Shown here piece after piece: positions 13,543 to 27,684 of a DNA stretch of 64,000 nucleotides (within the stretch, counting starts at the first letter, position 1; each line of letters opens with the position of its first letter). Position numbers and translations under genes: made by a program. The stretch lies in NCBI GenBank assembly GCA_964016885.1, contig OZ024742.1, positions 93,248,001 through 93,312,000 of the forward strand. The letters run 5' to 3'. The notes below the pieces were generated by a model. That model was not told where the DNA came from. It worked only from the letters and a program-made list of their open reading frames with translations, and did not search any database. The DNA comes from Eledone cirrhosa (lineage: Eukaryota).

Positions 13543-15002
13543 TATATTTACTTAAGATATTTAACTATTTATGAAACTTGCCGATAAATCTTTCGATTCC
13601 TTCAATTTTTTTAAAACCTTCTGCATGAGTATATAATTAATGAGATTAATTAAACTACCCTAAAATGGTGATGTTCCCAATCTATTGAATACATTTTTAA
13701 GCTAGATAAACTTCTATAATAAATATAAGAGCATTTGTAGAATAAATTTTTTTGAATGATTTCTGCTAAATAAGTTTTATTGAATAATTTTGGTTTTGTT
13801 TGCTTTTGATTCTGATTGCTTCGAATGAACTTGACAATATATTGTCAAATAAATTGGAAGGGTGGTTTTCTGTGATTGATATGGGTGGCATACTATGTTT
13901 TCTTACGTCCCTAGATACTCTGGGGAGTGACGAAGATATTCTTGGCGTTTTTAATATATTGATATCTGTTGTCTATTCTATGCTTGAACGATAATCATGT
14001 AAGTGAGGGCAAGAATATTATTATTAATATTAATGTATATTTTATGTCTATATATATATGTATGGTGGAATCTTTTGTAACGCAATGAAGCTTTTCATGA
14101 AAAATATGAATTTACAGAGCCGATCACGTAAATTCACATGTGTGTCTATAATTGTCAACTTGAATTTGAGATAACCTTCTCTTTTCTCTTTTTCTTTTTT
14201 CATGAAAATACATATATACTTATGTATTTCAGTATTTTTGAAGTTTTGTCTCAGATTTTGCTTATAAACCTAAGAATTTTTAAAGGGGTCATTATTTTTT
14301 TTATTTTTTTTTCATTTTTTCACACATTATTGATATGTGTCTCATTCATGAATATTGATATTTACATTATAATACCTAATTCATATGAATTGATAATTCA
14401 AATGGATGAAGCATAATATTTTAAATATATCATCTTTCTTTCTTTTTCTCCTCTACACTTGACGGGATGTATGTATCGGCTGTTTTAACTGTATCTCTCC
14501 CACCTCGTATGATAGATATTACTCGATCTACCTCTTTTCTCCCATCACCTATATCTCTCTCTACCTCTCTTTATTTATCTTTATTTTTAATTTTATTTTT
14601 ATTTTTATTTCTCTCCGTATCCTTAACACTATAACTAAATAAATAAATAAATAAATAATTACAGTACCCCCTTCCCTCCTTAATCTCTCATTTGTACGCT
14701 GATCATCTGTCCCCAAGCTGCCTATCATTTTTCACTTCCTCAATATATTTCTCTCTCCCATATCTCTTTCTCTCTCTATCTCGCTCTGTTGTTTTTCTTT
14801 ACATACATCTCTTCATCTTCTTCTCTAACTGTCCTTAGCACTATACACTTTCTTCTTCTCTTCTTTTTTTCTCTTCGTCTTTTTTTTTCTTTTTTTTTTT
14901 TCTAACTGTCCTTAACATTCTCACTACCAAATCAACTTTTTAAATGGAAGTTGCACTGTTTAAGGTATGTCAAATTTATTTATAAAACGGTTTATATATT
15001 GT

Positions 15003-15066
15003 ATTTTGTCTGAGGAAGGCATACCATATTTTTAATATGATATCCCTGAAATATATATAATGAAAT
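15003..15066 (+). ncRNA. Hammerhead ribozyme motif, family C (mirror copy 12386-12449, minus)
   Basis: Stem I attttgt/atgaaat, CTGAGGA (15010-15016), AGG..CCT stem II, GAAA (15048-15051), palindromic tatata, UA cleavage site. Confidence 0.7.
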
Positions 15067-15195
15067 AAATATGGTTTTATAAATATAGTTTCCATTTGTT
15101 TAATATCGTAAACCTACTCCAAAACCTGTTGAGTGCTTTTATATCAGTTATAAAATATTTACTCGTTGTAACCCAACAATTTTAAATAAAACTTT

Positions 15196-15271
<76 letters not shown>

Positions 15272-15274
<3 letters not shown>

Positions 15275-15400
15275 AAGGAATTGTGGTAAGGAACCATATG
15301 GACCATAATGCACCAGAGTACTCAATACTTAGGGTAGTAGAGGTCCAGAAATAGCCGTCGAAACAGCTTGAACTCTGCCGTCGGGGTCATACTTTTTCCT
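15272..15400. repeat. Family K dispersed repeat (pLTR-like), internally inverted copy
   Basis: aaggaa.tgtggtaaggaacca.atggaccataa.gcacca.agtactcaatactt recurs at 33812, 33941, 38135-38240 (minus), 38948 and 50168-50330 (minus). Related copies lie at 21335-21710. Confidence 0.75.
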
Positions 15401-15411
15401 ATATATATAAG

Positions 15412-15553
15412 CATTGCTTTTGAAAACAGCTGGTGATATGCATGTAAGTAAATATTCTCTTTATCTGATATTTTGTAACTAACCTTACATAGACGAATAA
15501 CGGAGTATAGCTACAATGTATTATCATCACCTAGAAACGATCGTAAAGCAGTG
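15412..15553 (+). ncRNA. Hammerhead ribozyme variant D (U3-A8 core, expanded stem II)
   Basis: 8-bp stem I cattgctt/aagcagtg; core TTGAAAA (15420-15426); stem II base agctggtgata/tatcatcacct; GAAA (15534-15537); palindromic acgatcgt; GUA triplet. Confidence 0.65.
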
Positions 15554-15598
15554 AAGTATATCTCTAATGACTTGATTTTTTATTTCATTGTTTTAACT

Positions 15599-15624
<26 letters not shown>

Positions 15625-15629
<5 letters not shown>

Positions 15630-15794
15630 TTGGGTTTACCATTGTGCTTAGGTGTGCTTAAGCACAGGACTCCATTGGCCGGGGGGTTGAGGGCATTTTC
15701 CTGCCAAACAATTTTTTTACCTTCTTTAAGGCCCCCCAAAAGGGCCTCATTACTTAACTAGCACAAGGACTCATTTGTCCTAATTCTGGCACTG
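15625..15794. mobile_element. Possible short hAT-like MITE
   Basis: Imperfect termini caatgttgggttt / aattctggcactg (CAGTG-type), GC-rich interior, sits between microsatellites. Confidence 0.3.
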
Positions 15795-15945
15795 TATAAT
15801 GTATGTATGTATGTATGTATGTATGTATGTATGTATGTGTGTGTGTATGTATGTATGTATGTATGTATGTATGTATGTATGTATGTATGTATGTATGTAT
15901 GTATATATGTATATGTATGTATATATATGTATATATATGTATGTA

Positions 15946-16988
15946 TGCAATAAGTAGCAGCAAGTGTCCACAGAACACTAGCTCATTCCATTGCACAGAT
16001 GGTTCTATAGAAATAGTGGACACCTTCCATTACTTGAGTGACAAAATCAGCAGTGGGGGAGGGTGCTCTGAAAGTACAGTAGCTAGAGTCAGAACTGGAT
16101 GGAAAAAGTTCAGAGAGCTTATACCACTATTAACCGCTAAAGGGTTCTCTCTAAAAATGAAAGGCAGGCTGTATGATGCCTGCATACGAACAGCAATGTT
16201 ACATGGCAGTGAGACCTGGGCATTGTGTGCAGAGGATCTACGCAGACTGGAGAGGAACGAAGCTTGCATGCTCCGTTCGATGTGTAATAGTAATATACGT
16301 GAACGGCAAAGTATAAACGAACTAAGGGAAAAATTAGAAATAAGAGGGATCAGATGTTGTTTACTCGAGAGAAGACTATGTTGGTATGGTCACGTGATGC
16401 GCATGAAAGACGACAGCTGTATAAAAAAGTGCAGGGCAATAAAAATAGACGGTAGCCACGCAGTAGGCAGACCCAGAAAAACCTGGGACGACTTGATAAA
16501 TTCCGACCTCACACACTTACACCTCTCCAAGACAATGTCACTGGACCGAGATCTTTGGCGCTACACAGTAATACAGAAGACCCGCCTTACCTAAGTACAA
16601 AGTGAAACCTACTACAGTCAGTAAGCACCTCTAACAAAAATGCACCCCCTGTCCCACTACCCCCACCCCATCCACACCACCCCTTTCAATGTAAAGTTAT
16701 GTTGGTGTCACAACATCCAGGCCGAAACAAATGAGGTCGTGTAGGTGTCACGACAAAAACACACAGTCCACGCTGTAATGTGGCCATGTAGGTAACACGG
16801 TAAAAACCTCCCAGTCCCACACTGTAAACGTGGTTGGTGTTAGGAAGGGCATCCAGCTGTAGAAAACCCGCCAGACAGTCCTATGCGAGCAAGACAACCA
16901 CTCTTGCCTCAAGTGGGAAAACTCCCGTCCAAACTCATGCAAGCGTGGAAGATGGACGTTAAACGATGATGATGATGATGATGATGAT
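15946..16988 (+). mobile_element. 5'-truncated RTE LINE, family 1
   Basis: Highly similar to 1905-2856. ORF ends at 16594, followed by the same 3' UTR and a (GAT)n tail. Confidence 0.92.
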
Positions 16989-17029
16989 ATGTGTGTATGT
17001 ATATGTATGTATTTATATATATATGTGAT

Positions 17030-17135
17030 TGGTTAGAGAACTGGATTCGCAATCTTGAAGTTGTCAGTTCGATTCCCGGACCGGGTGATATGTTATGTCC
17101 TTGAGCAAGACACTTTATTTCATGTTGCTCCTTCT
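17030..17135 (+). mobile_element. Partial tRNA-derived CORE-type SINE head
   Basis: tggttagagaactggattcgcaatc...gttcgattcc (B box), then gtccttgagcaagacactttatttca. Confidence 0.65.
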
Positions 17136-17549
17136 ACCTGGAGTTGCAACCGATAGATAGTATTAGCAATTGGAAAGACCAACGGAAACATTGTTTCCTC
17201 GGTCCAATTTGATGAAAGTCGATTGACAAAAATAAAAAAAATAAAAAATGTGTGTGTATATATGTATATATATAAAGGGTTGTATATAGGAGCACATACA
17301 AGAAGTTTCTATAGAACAAAGAGCTTTGCTATGGAGTTTTAATAAGCTGTGATCATGTCACTGCTATTCTTAATAACAGAGGAAGAGAACTTTGATGGCA
17401 CAGTGTCTGAAATTTTATCCATCTTCAGAGAGACTTACTCCAATAAAAAACAAAAAAAAAACTATAAACTTTCAGCTTATTTTGTTTAAGCAGCATGCCT
17501 CACCTCCTCTTTGATAACACTCCTGTCATAGTCTCATAACTGGTTCTGC

Positions 17550-17662
17550 TTTAGGCACAAGGCCAGCAATTCACAGTGCATTACTGGTACTTTATTTTAT
17601 CGACCCTGTAAGGATGAAAGGCAAAGTCAACCTCGGCGGGATTTGAACTCAGATCGTAAAGA
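17550..17662 (-). mobile_element. Nin-type SINE fragment
   Basis: Matches 7709-7884. Confidence 0.7.
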
Positions 17663-17895
17663 GTCTCATAACATCACCTATTGTCACTTATACATGAAAT
17701 AACTGCCATGCTGGGGCCATAAAAATGCACCCAACATACACTGTAAAGTGGTTGGTGATAAAGTACTGACTTGGTCCCTGGCAACCTGTCCACCCCTTTC
17801 TAGCAGAGAAGTAGGATGTTAAATGATGATATATATATATATATATATACATATATATGCTAGAGTGGAAGATGGACATTAAATGATGATGATGA

Positions 17896-17955
<60 letters not shown>

Positions 17956-18712
17956 GTGTGCTTCAGTGTATTCATACAAACAAACACTTGCATATATATA
18001 TATATATATATGTGTATATATTATCATCATCATCATCATCATCATTATTTTAAGTCCACTTTTCCACGATTAAATGCCTGATTCTCTGTATATATCCACA
18101 TATGTTGATGTATATACAGGGAAAAATATATTTACATATCTTACCATGTACAAACGCCAACATCTCCTTGCTAGCAAGGAGAATGGACATTCAATGCTGC
18201 TGCTGAGATAAGCTATAATAAAATATAACACTCACACACACACACAAACACAGATATATATATACGCATATGTAATATGATAAAATTAGATTTTTTATGA
18301 GCCAAGAATTTATAGACAAAAAAGACCCACTTACATTGATGAACACAAACATAGTCACTACATCATACACATAGATATAGACAGTTACATTCACACACAC
18401 AAACACTTATACAAACATAAAATGTAAATAAGTGTACAAACAATACTAGAAAAGTTTAAATGTAAAAAAATATAATAACAAAAGACCAAAAACAATATAT
18501 AATAGAATATAAATATATATTACATATATGATACATACGTATATAAATGATATATGATATATATATATATATATATCATATATCATGTTCTTATTATATA
18601 TATACATATACGTACATACATACACATACATATGTATACATATATGCATATATGCATGTATGTACACACACACACACACACACGTATATACATACATACA
18701 CACACATATATA

Positions 18713-18747
<35 letters not shown>

Positions 18748-19639
18748 CTATAGAGATAAGCTATAATAAAATATAATATAATTTGCGTGTAAAATTTCCA
18801 TAGCTTCAACAGGAAAGTTTTATTGGCAAAAAGAGAGAGTATTGGAGTCAAAAAGAGATAGGCAACATACAATAGGAAACAATGTTATAATGGTATAATG
18901 CTGGAATAAAATGTCTTTCAGCATGTAGATGGAATGGATACAGCAGCTCAGATATGGAGACAGAAGATTGTAGAATGTAATACATATGTTCTAAAGAGCA
19001 ATTTATCAAATAATGGGAGAACAAGGGCGAAACTGGCCTTTATAAAGCTAAGATTTCTACTTGGTTTATTAGAAATATATGTATACACATATATATATAT
19101 ATATATATGTATGTATATTAGCAGTAATACTCGATGTTGCTTGGAAAGGATATGATTCAGAAGATCTGATACATTTTTATTGTATCTGATTCATTTACTT
19201 TCTTTTTTGTATGAGGGTTAGCTAAAAGTTTCATAGGCTGACAAAGATATTCTCATGGAATGACCAAATGTAGTTTATTTTTCAACATAGTCCCTAGAAA
19301 AAAACAATACAGTTATTAATATAAAAAGTTCAAATTAATGCATGCAAGATTTCACTGTGCTGTTGTCACTCCTTCATAGTCAACCTCTGAACATTTCAGT
19401 CGAACTTCCTATGTATATGGCAGTAAAAGATCTCTGCAGCTTACTGCCCTTAAACACGAACAGCATGCAATTTAAGCTTTTGTTTGCTCCAAAGATTAGG
19501 CCTCACTAACACGGAATATTTCATTGTGATCACATACAGCAAGAACTCTTAAGAGCCAGAAAATGCTTTATCTTCCAACTACATCTGACCCTCTACAAAA
19601 CTGTTCTCATTCGGGCAGATTCCCTCTGAGTGACTACAT

Positions 19640-20066
19640 GATTATGAGAGGTAAAGCCTTTACCTAAAAAATACAATTTGTATATATAGAGTAATGTAAA
19701 TGCTAAAGGGTTAAGATGACAGAAAGAAGTTCTTAAATAGTTTAATTCTTACAATTGTTTTAATACAAAGTTTTTTTTCAGACACATAACCAGACAAATG
19801 TAATCTTAATAAGTAGAGATTTAGTCACAATTAGTAGTAGCTGACTCACTCAATAAACAGTGCAATCCCTGGCCATATAAGAAAATTGTATTTTTTAGGT
19901 AAAGGCTTTACCTCTCATAATTATCTCCCATAATATCAAAGCTATGAGATTTTGATATTACTTATTTTGAGAACAATACCTTAACATACATGAGTGGCTG
20001 GTTATTGTTAGAAAGAGGTGAGTGAATTCTGGCCGGATATAGTCAGTTTAAATGCTAAAGGGTTAA
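19640..20066. mobile_element. Rearranged pieces of a piggyBac-like MITE
   Basis: Two aatgctaaagggTTAA ends (~19713 and 20066). The interior matches the MITE at 57414-57634. Confidence 0.55.
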
Positions 20067-20084
20067 TTTGTTTTATATGCTCTA

Positions 20085-20484
20085 TGGAGGCACGTGGCTT
20101 AGTGGTTAGAACATTGGCTTTACAATCGAAAGGTTGTGAGTTCAATTCTCAGACCGGGTGATGTGTTGTGTCCTTGAGCAAGACACTTTATTTCACATTG
20201 CTCCAGTTTACTCAGCTGTAGAAATGAGATGAGAGGGACTGGGGTCCCTATCATTCCACTGCAAAGTGGTTGTGGAGGTGCCACGGCAAAAAAGCACCCA
20301 GCTCACACTGTAAAGTGGATGTGTAGGCGCCACGGCAAAAAAGCACCCAGCACTCACTGTAAATGAGGTTGGTGTTAGGAAGGGCATCCAGCTGTAGAAA
20401 TCAAGCCAGAATCAGTTCCCGTCCCACCTTTGCAAGCAGGGAAAAAGCGGGCGTAAAATGAAATGATGAAAATGATGATGATGC
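20085..20484 (+). mobile_element. Full-length tRNA-derived CORE-type SINE with RTE-derived tail
   Basis: A box tggcttagtgg, B box gttcaattc, CORE-like gtgtccttgagcaagacactt...cagctgtagaaatg, two ~42-nt tandem units, and a 3' end nearly identical to the RTE family 2 end (5462-5524). Confidence 0.85.
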
Positions 20485-20837
20485 ACTATGTTAAAATTGC
20501 AACATTTCTTCTACTCTTTAAATGTCTCCTCACTAAATTTATATCTCTATAAACACATTGAGTTTAGATCTTCTCAAACATAATTTCTCTTCAAGTAACT
20601 CTATGTTTTTCCTTATATATTATTGTCAAAAAAATATATATGAAAGAATATAGATATATATACATGTGTGTATATGTGTATGTATATACATTTATATCTC
20701 TCTCTATATATAAATATATATTTTTTTTCATTTTCATGATGTATATGTGTGTATGTGTGGTGTATGTGTATAAATCAACGGATACCTGTGTGTCTGTACG
20801 TATTTGATACAACCGTATAGTTACTTCATACTTATGT

Positions 20838-21310
20838 TATCATCATCATCATCGCCGTTTTCTTCCATGCTAGCATGGAACACCAACCTCATTTACAGTG
20901 AGTACTGGGTGCTTTTTACTGAGGCACCTACCCAACCACTTTATAGTGTGGACAGGGTGCTTTTTTTATCGTGACTCCTACACGACCACTTTACAGTGGG
21001 AAGGAGGTGGGGGCATATGTCTATATGCTTGTACCCGTGGGAAGTATGGTCTTCTGTATTACTGCGTAATACCAGAGATCTCAGTCCTGTGCCATCGCCT
21101 TTGAGGGGTGCAATTGGGCAAGATCAGCTTTTATCACCTCATCCCACTTCTTCTTTGGTCTCCCCACTCCAAGGCTTCCATCGATTTTTATCACTCTGCA
21201 CCTTTTTATGCAGCTGTCATCCTTCATACGCATTACATGTCCATACCAATGTAATCTCTTCTTCTGCACACAGCATTTAATTCCTCTTATACCTAGTCTC
21301 TCTCTCAATT
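20838..21310 (-). mobile_element. RTE LINE 3' fragment
   Basis: [34 protein letters not shown], plus a SINE-like UTR and (GAT)n tail. Confidence 0.8.
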
Positions 21311-22349
21311 AAACAAGTTAAACCATTACTCAACAGAGTATTCGATACTTGGGGTAGTAGTGTATGGCTATATGATAAAGAGTCAGAACCTAATGTCTGA
21401 GTTCTGACCGTTTCAACAACTAGTTCCAGACTAAACTGGCTTTTGAAAGAGCAAGAACTTAGCCATCGCGTCCCGATTCTTTATCATATATATATATCTA
21501 AACATTCTATATATATATATATTTAGTATGTTGATATATATATTTATATATATATTATAAAGATGACTGAGCTCTTGCTCTTTCAACAGCTAGTTGAGTC
21601 TGGAACTATCTGTTGAAAAGGCGACAGCTCACCCATCAGGTTTTCTGACTCTTTATGATATAGCCATACTCTACTACTCCAATGTTGGGTATATTGTATC
21701 CCAGGATACATGTAAACAAACATCAATACTGTTATATATATATATATATACATACATACAGCATGGCACATATTTATAGTTTTTATTCTATTTTATCTAC
21801 ACACATACGCACACACAACAACACACATGCACATACTTCCACTCTGTTATGGTGCATAATAATAAGAAGGCAATCTAATTTCTGTTTCCATTTCAACTAT
21901 ATTTTATGTATTCATCTTCATTCCTATCAACAATCATCCCCGTGATCATTTAACTTCCATTTTCTCATTCTGGCAGGTCTGTATTTAATCAGAGTTACTG
22001 TTCTCCAAGATTGGCTCATACCTTTTAGTTTTGACATGATTTCTACAGCTGGATGCCCTTCTTAATGCAAAATACTTTACAGAGTGCACTGGGTGCATTT
22101 TATCATGACACCACTAATAGGAAGGATGTCACATCATTGACACAACTGAAAAGTCCTCTCAAATACATGACAGACTGTAGCATTGGTGCTCTGATAAATA
22201 TATATTATCAAGCTGGAATCACAACACATGATTAATAGCATTAGGTATTGTAGGGCTTCCAAATATCTAAACTTATTTAAATTTGTATTTCTTATTCCAC
22301 AATGCTTCAAGCAAACTACTACACTTTATTAATATATATGTCATAGTAG

Positions 22350-22620
22350 AGGCATGTGGCATGTTGGACTTATGATCATAATGTTGAGGGTTTGATTCCT
22401 GGACTGGGTTGTGTGTTGTGTTCTTGAGCAAAATACTTAATTTCCCATTGCTCCAGTATATCCAGTTGAAAATCAATACCAACAGTAGCTGAGAGTTTAA
22501 CCTTGCAATGGACTGCCATCCTGTCCAGGGAAGTGTTTTGTACTCTCAGTTGCTTAACACTGCAGAAGCTGGAATCAGCACTGGCTCAAGAACTTCAAGG
22601 ATCAAGACAGACTTTAGACT
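22350..22620 (+). mobile_element. Diverged CORE-type SINE
   Basis: gtttgattcct...gtgttcttgagcaaaatacttaa...gctccagt...gcaatggactgccatcctgtccaggg. Confidence 0.55.
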
Positions 22621-24471
22621 TTTAGATATATATTATATTTGAAAAGCAGAGGGTATTGTGCTTGTGTAACATTAGGATATTTGCCATTTACATGGACTTC
22701 AGTATATACACAGAATATCATGCATTAAATTAACCTTTTTAACATGAATTGAAAATCCCTTATTTTTTATATTTAATAATTAATGTTTATGGCTTTAGTC
22801 TCCCTTGTCTACTTGAACTATATGCGTATACAAGTTGAATTCACAAGGAGTGAAATTACTTATGCAGATCATTTTAATTTTAATAAATTCAGCTTGAAAA
22901 TCATATGAAATAAATTGCTGGTGATTAAATGAAACTACACTGTATATATGGATTAAAATGATGTGAGACAGCCAGAAACAGTAGTGAATATTTTATAGCA
23001 TAACTTAAATGTACACCTGTGTGCATGGATGTGCAAATACATGTTGCAGAATTACTTGTTTTCTTCTATATAATTTTTCATATTTTAATGAATATTTCTT
23101 TTTTTTTTTAGAATTTGTATTGACGAGCTTTCAGATAAAAATATTTAACTGTACTGTGGATCCTGTTGTCAATGAATTGGAAAGCAATGTTATTGATACG
23201 CTTGTGTTAAATCTTTGCTTTCATTGATACCAGTAGTAAATTTAAGTATTTATACTATCATGTTATCAGTTTAGAAGTGGTAATATTTTTCTATAATAAA
23301 AGTTTGTTATAATTTGATGAAAGCTACATACCCTTTACAATATAAAACTTGCTGGTAAAGGTATTTTAAGATATTTTGTAAAGCAATCTTGAGCTACACA
23401 AATTGAAGATCTATTTAGGTAATTGTGAGAGCCATTAGAGCATCAGTATTTGTTCTGGTTCTCTGCATTCTGAGTTCAAATCCCACAGATGTCAATTTTT
23501 CCACTCATCATTTCATGGTCGATTGATGGAATTATTACTATTTTGACAGAATGCTTTGCAGCTCTATGTGTTTTGAGTTCGAATCCCACCGTTGTCTGCC
23601 AGGTTGTGACCAATAGATAGTATAACCAATGGAAAAACCCCCAAAACAAATGAAACATCGACTCCTTTACTTTGTTTTGTTTTTAGATTGTATGTTAGCA
23701 GTATTTTTTAACTCTAAATGGCAAATACACGCTGGTACATCATTTGCCTCCCACCCCTTTTGTGCCAAGGATAAGCTGGTGTTTTAGTTTGATTAGTGAA
23801 ATATAGATTCAGACAAAGTAAATAAAGAAAATTTAATCAAAATATTTCTTTTAGCTTAAATTTAAGAATTCTTTGAATAATGCAAATATTATTGTGGAAT
23901 CTCTGTCTGGGACAATACAATAGCAAAACTAGTTCTGACTCAGAAATAATCTTCAGGGTTATGCGATAGTTACTTATGAAATATATCATGTGTAATAGAC
24001 TGATATTCGATCCAGTGGGGAGTTATCTTTCATCTGCCTCAGTGCAATCAAATTTAGGCTGAGCAAGTAGGCCAAAAGAAATTACTAATTAATAATCAAA
24101 ATAACAAAAAAGAAACTTTCTGAATGTTTTTTCTTCATCATTTTCACCTCTTTGAACTTATAAAAGAAACACAGGTGGGTGTATCTTATGTTATCATAAA
24201 CACCATGTATGTGTGATAAAAAGTAGAATTATCTCTGACCCCCCACACACACAAGAACCTACTGAAGTGTCAATGAGAAACTCAAACGATTACTTAGCTA
24301 GCTAGCATCAATACATACGCTAAAATTATTTCTTCTGATTGGTAAATATTTCATCAGAGGAAGTGTACATGTTTTGACATGACAGAACTCTTAAAAGTTG
24401 TTTTAATGTGTTTAGAGCATGGCCAAAGGATTTGGTTGATTAATAAAGAATAAAAGAAAATAAAGTAAAAT

Positions 24472-24509
<38 letters not shown>

Positions 24510-24586
24510 TATACATATATATGCATATATATATATGTATATATATACATATATACATATGCATATATATACATATATACATATGC

Positions 24587-24774
<188 letters not shown>

Positions 24775-25175
24775 GTATATATATGCATGTATATATATAT
24801 ATATGTATATATATGTATCTATGTATATATGTATATATATATATATATATCAGTTGAAATAACATTTTACAAGGCACTAACGAATACATTTGGAACATTT
24901 TATTGCAGAAATTTAGGTGAAAATAAATTGATGGAATAAACATTTAAATTTGCCACAGTTGCCATTCAGCCTCAACGGATGTAAATCAGAGTTTTTCAGA
25001 AAGTATTTTATCTTGTTATCAAAGGAATATATGCATTGATGCACACACACACACAAGCACAAACACATACTAACCCCTCCACACATGTATATATAAACAC
25101 ACACATGTATACACAGGCACACATGTATGGATATAAGTACACACAGCTTTGTGTGTGTGTATATGAGTGTGTGCA

Positions 25176-25227
<52 letters not shown>

Positions 25228-26237
25228 TAGATATATAAAGAGACACACAAGTTGCAGGAAACCACATGGTATATCTAAATGTATTTCCAACAATGTTTCA
25301 ATATAATAGACACACACAAATAACATGTTTGCACATATATAATATATACATTCATATTATATATATATGTGTGTATGTGTGTGTGCATATGTGTGCGTGT
25401 GTGTGTACCTGTGCGTGTGTTTGTGTGTGTGTGTGTGTGTGTATGTGTGTGTGTACCTGTGCGTGTGTGTACCAGTGCGTGTGTTTGTGTGTGTGTGTGT
25501 GTGTATGTGTGTGTGTACTTGTGCGTATGTGTACCAGTGCGTGTGTTTGTGTGTGTGTGTGCATATATATACACAGAAGTACACTGTTTTTCTTCTATAG
25601 ATTGCTTTTAAATGCACCCACATATTTTCAAACATAACTAACACAGAAAATGCATTGGCTGAAGTGTGCATACACTTTAACACACACAGGCATGAATATA
25701 GTGAGATTTACCTGTATAATAGTTGATTCATTTTTCAATGTATGGTATTTACATGCTGATTGGTGTACACTTGTATATATCTACATATATACACCTAGAC
25801 AAATATATGTGCATATATTCATGCAGGTGCTAATGTATGTGCATATATATGTGAGTGTTTGTTTATTTGTATGTATGTATATACAAACAAAGAACTATGC
25901 ATACAACAAATGTGTTATGACAGATACTCATATGAAAACAAATACACATGCATGGACATACACATGCACTTAACTTCTTAGCTGCTCACAATAATGCTTG
26001 TGTAAGTGTATATAATTACATGTGTGTTTATATATATGTATATATGTATATATATATATATATATATATACATACATACATATATATATATATGTATACA
26101 TACACACACACACACATATATATATATGTATATATATATATATGTATGCATATATGTATAGATGTATTCATATATGTATATATATTATATATATATATGT
26201 ATGTATATATATATTTTATATCATCATCATCATCGTT

Positions 26238-26345
<108 letters not shown>

Positions 26346-27393
26346 CATTCTTACATACATATGCTTCATATATATCTGTGTGTATTTCTATGTAAAAGTC
26401 AGCCAAATTGATTTCTATTAACGATTACATTTCCATCACAATAATATGTTGTTATTCAGCAAAGTAACTCCACCGGCCTAAGCAAAGAAAGAGAGAGAAT
26501 CTTCAAAGCTTGTTCTTTTTCATAGATTTAGCCAAATCTATTTATCAAATGAAGCAATTGGATGGCGGCAACAGACAACAAGAGAATTAGTTCATCTCCT
26601 ATGAAAATCTCCAAACCAAAAAGGCACCTTTCACAGTAGAAAGATTCTTCTATTCAAAGCATCACTTTCTATTTATTATTATTTTAAAAACTCTTTTACT
26701 TTTATTTTCAGTTTTAACCATTTGCTAAATTTTATTCCCCCCAATTCATTGCTAAGTTCCTGAAAATTGTTGTAAATTCCTTTTAAGATAAAGGATTAAT
26801 TTTTCAGACTGTAATGAGCGTTGTGAAAGGAAAAGAGGCATTAAATTTAATTTTGCCAAAATTTATATGCAATTACGTTCAGTTTATCTGAATGCATTCA
26901 AATGAAATTAAAGGTGTGACAGTGTTTTGCTAGCAATGTGATGCAATGCCATTATAAAAGGGATCAGTCAAATACAGAAAAATCGAAACCCTCACCCCTT
27001 GTTTTGTTTTAGCACCTGGTTATAATTTGCATCTCAAAAGATTTTGCCTCAATAACCAAGTCAGAGTTCTTTAAAATGGAAGAAAAGAGATGACAGAAAT
27101 GGCCAACGGCATAGAGGATTTAAACAAATTTAATACCATAAAATTTAATAACATCCAGCAAAAGAGGAAATCAATAGAAGCAGATAGAAAGGAAAGACAA
27201 CAACAAAACTGAAAAAGAAATAAAAGAAAAAATGCAAACATATATGTATGAAAGTATGAGTGTGTGTGAGTGTGTGCATGTCGTTGGAGAGAGTTGTGAA
27301 CATGTACTTATGTATGTGTCTGTTACATGTATTCTTCCTGTATGCATGCATGAGAATATATATATATATGTGTGTGTATATAAAGATAAAATG

Positions 27394-27424
<31 letters not shown>

Positions 27425-27530
27425 TTATTTATATATGTATATATATTATTGACACTACACATATCTATGCATATGAACAAACTTTCTTGTGTACACCTAT
27501 ATGCAGATATTTGTGCTTACATATGTATAA

Positions 27531-27563
<33 letters not shown>

Positions 27564-27632
27564 CACATACACACACACAGACACAAGCACTTAAGTAGCG
27601 GTAAATATATATGTGCCTACATATCTACACAC

Positions 27633-27684
<52 letters not shown>

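Larger units (their letters stand above)
12342..15199 (+). mobile_element. Penelope-like element (probably Naiad-type) with inverted pLTR
   Basis: 12342-12565 is the reverse complement of ~14885-15110. It contains a GIY-YIG ORF and a long 3' region, with an HHR in each arm and (TA)n on both sides. Confidence 0.85.

Noticed and set aside
14084-14120. Possible SECIS in the PLE 3' region
   Set aside because: The stem pairs poorly, and no in-frame TGA occurs at Cys positions in the ORF fragments seen here.
19208-19415. Mariner-like MITE
   Set aside because: The termini are too degenerate to confirm as TIRs by eye.
20085-20160. tRNA gene
   Set aside because: A and B boxes are present, but the sequence continues into a SINE body and recurs as dispersed copies.
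23100-23260. Plus-strand exon after a poly-T AG
   Set aside because: The frame closes quickly, there is no recognisable product, and no clear donor site.
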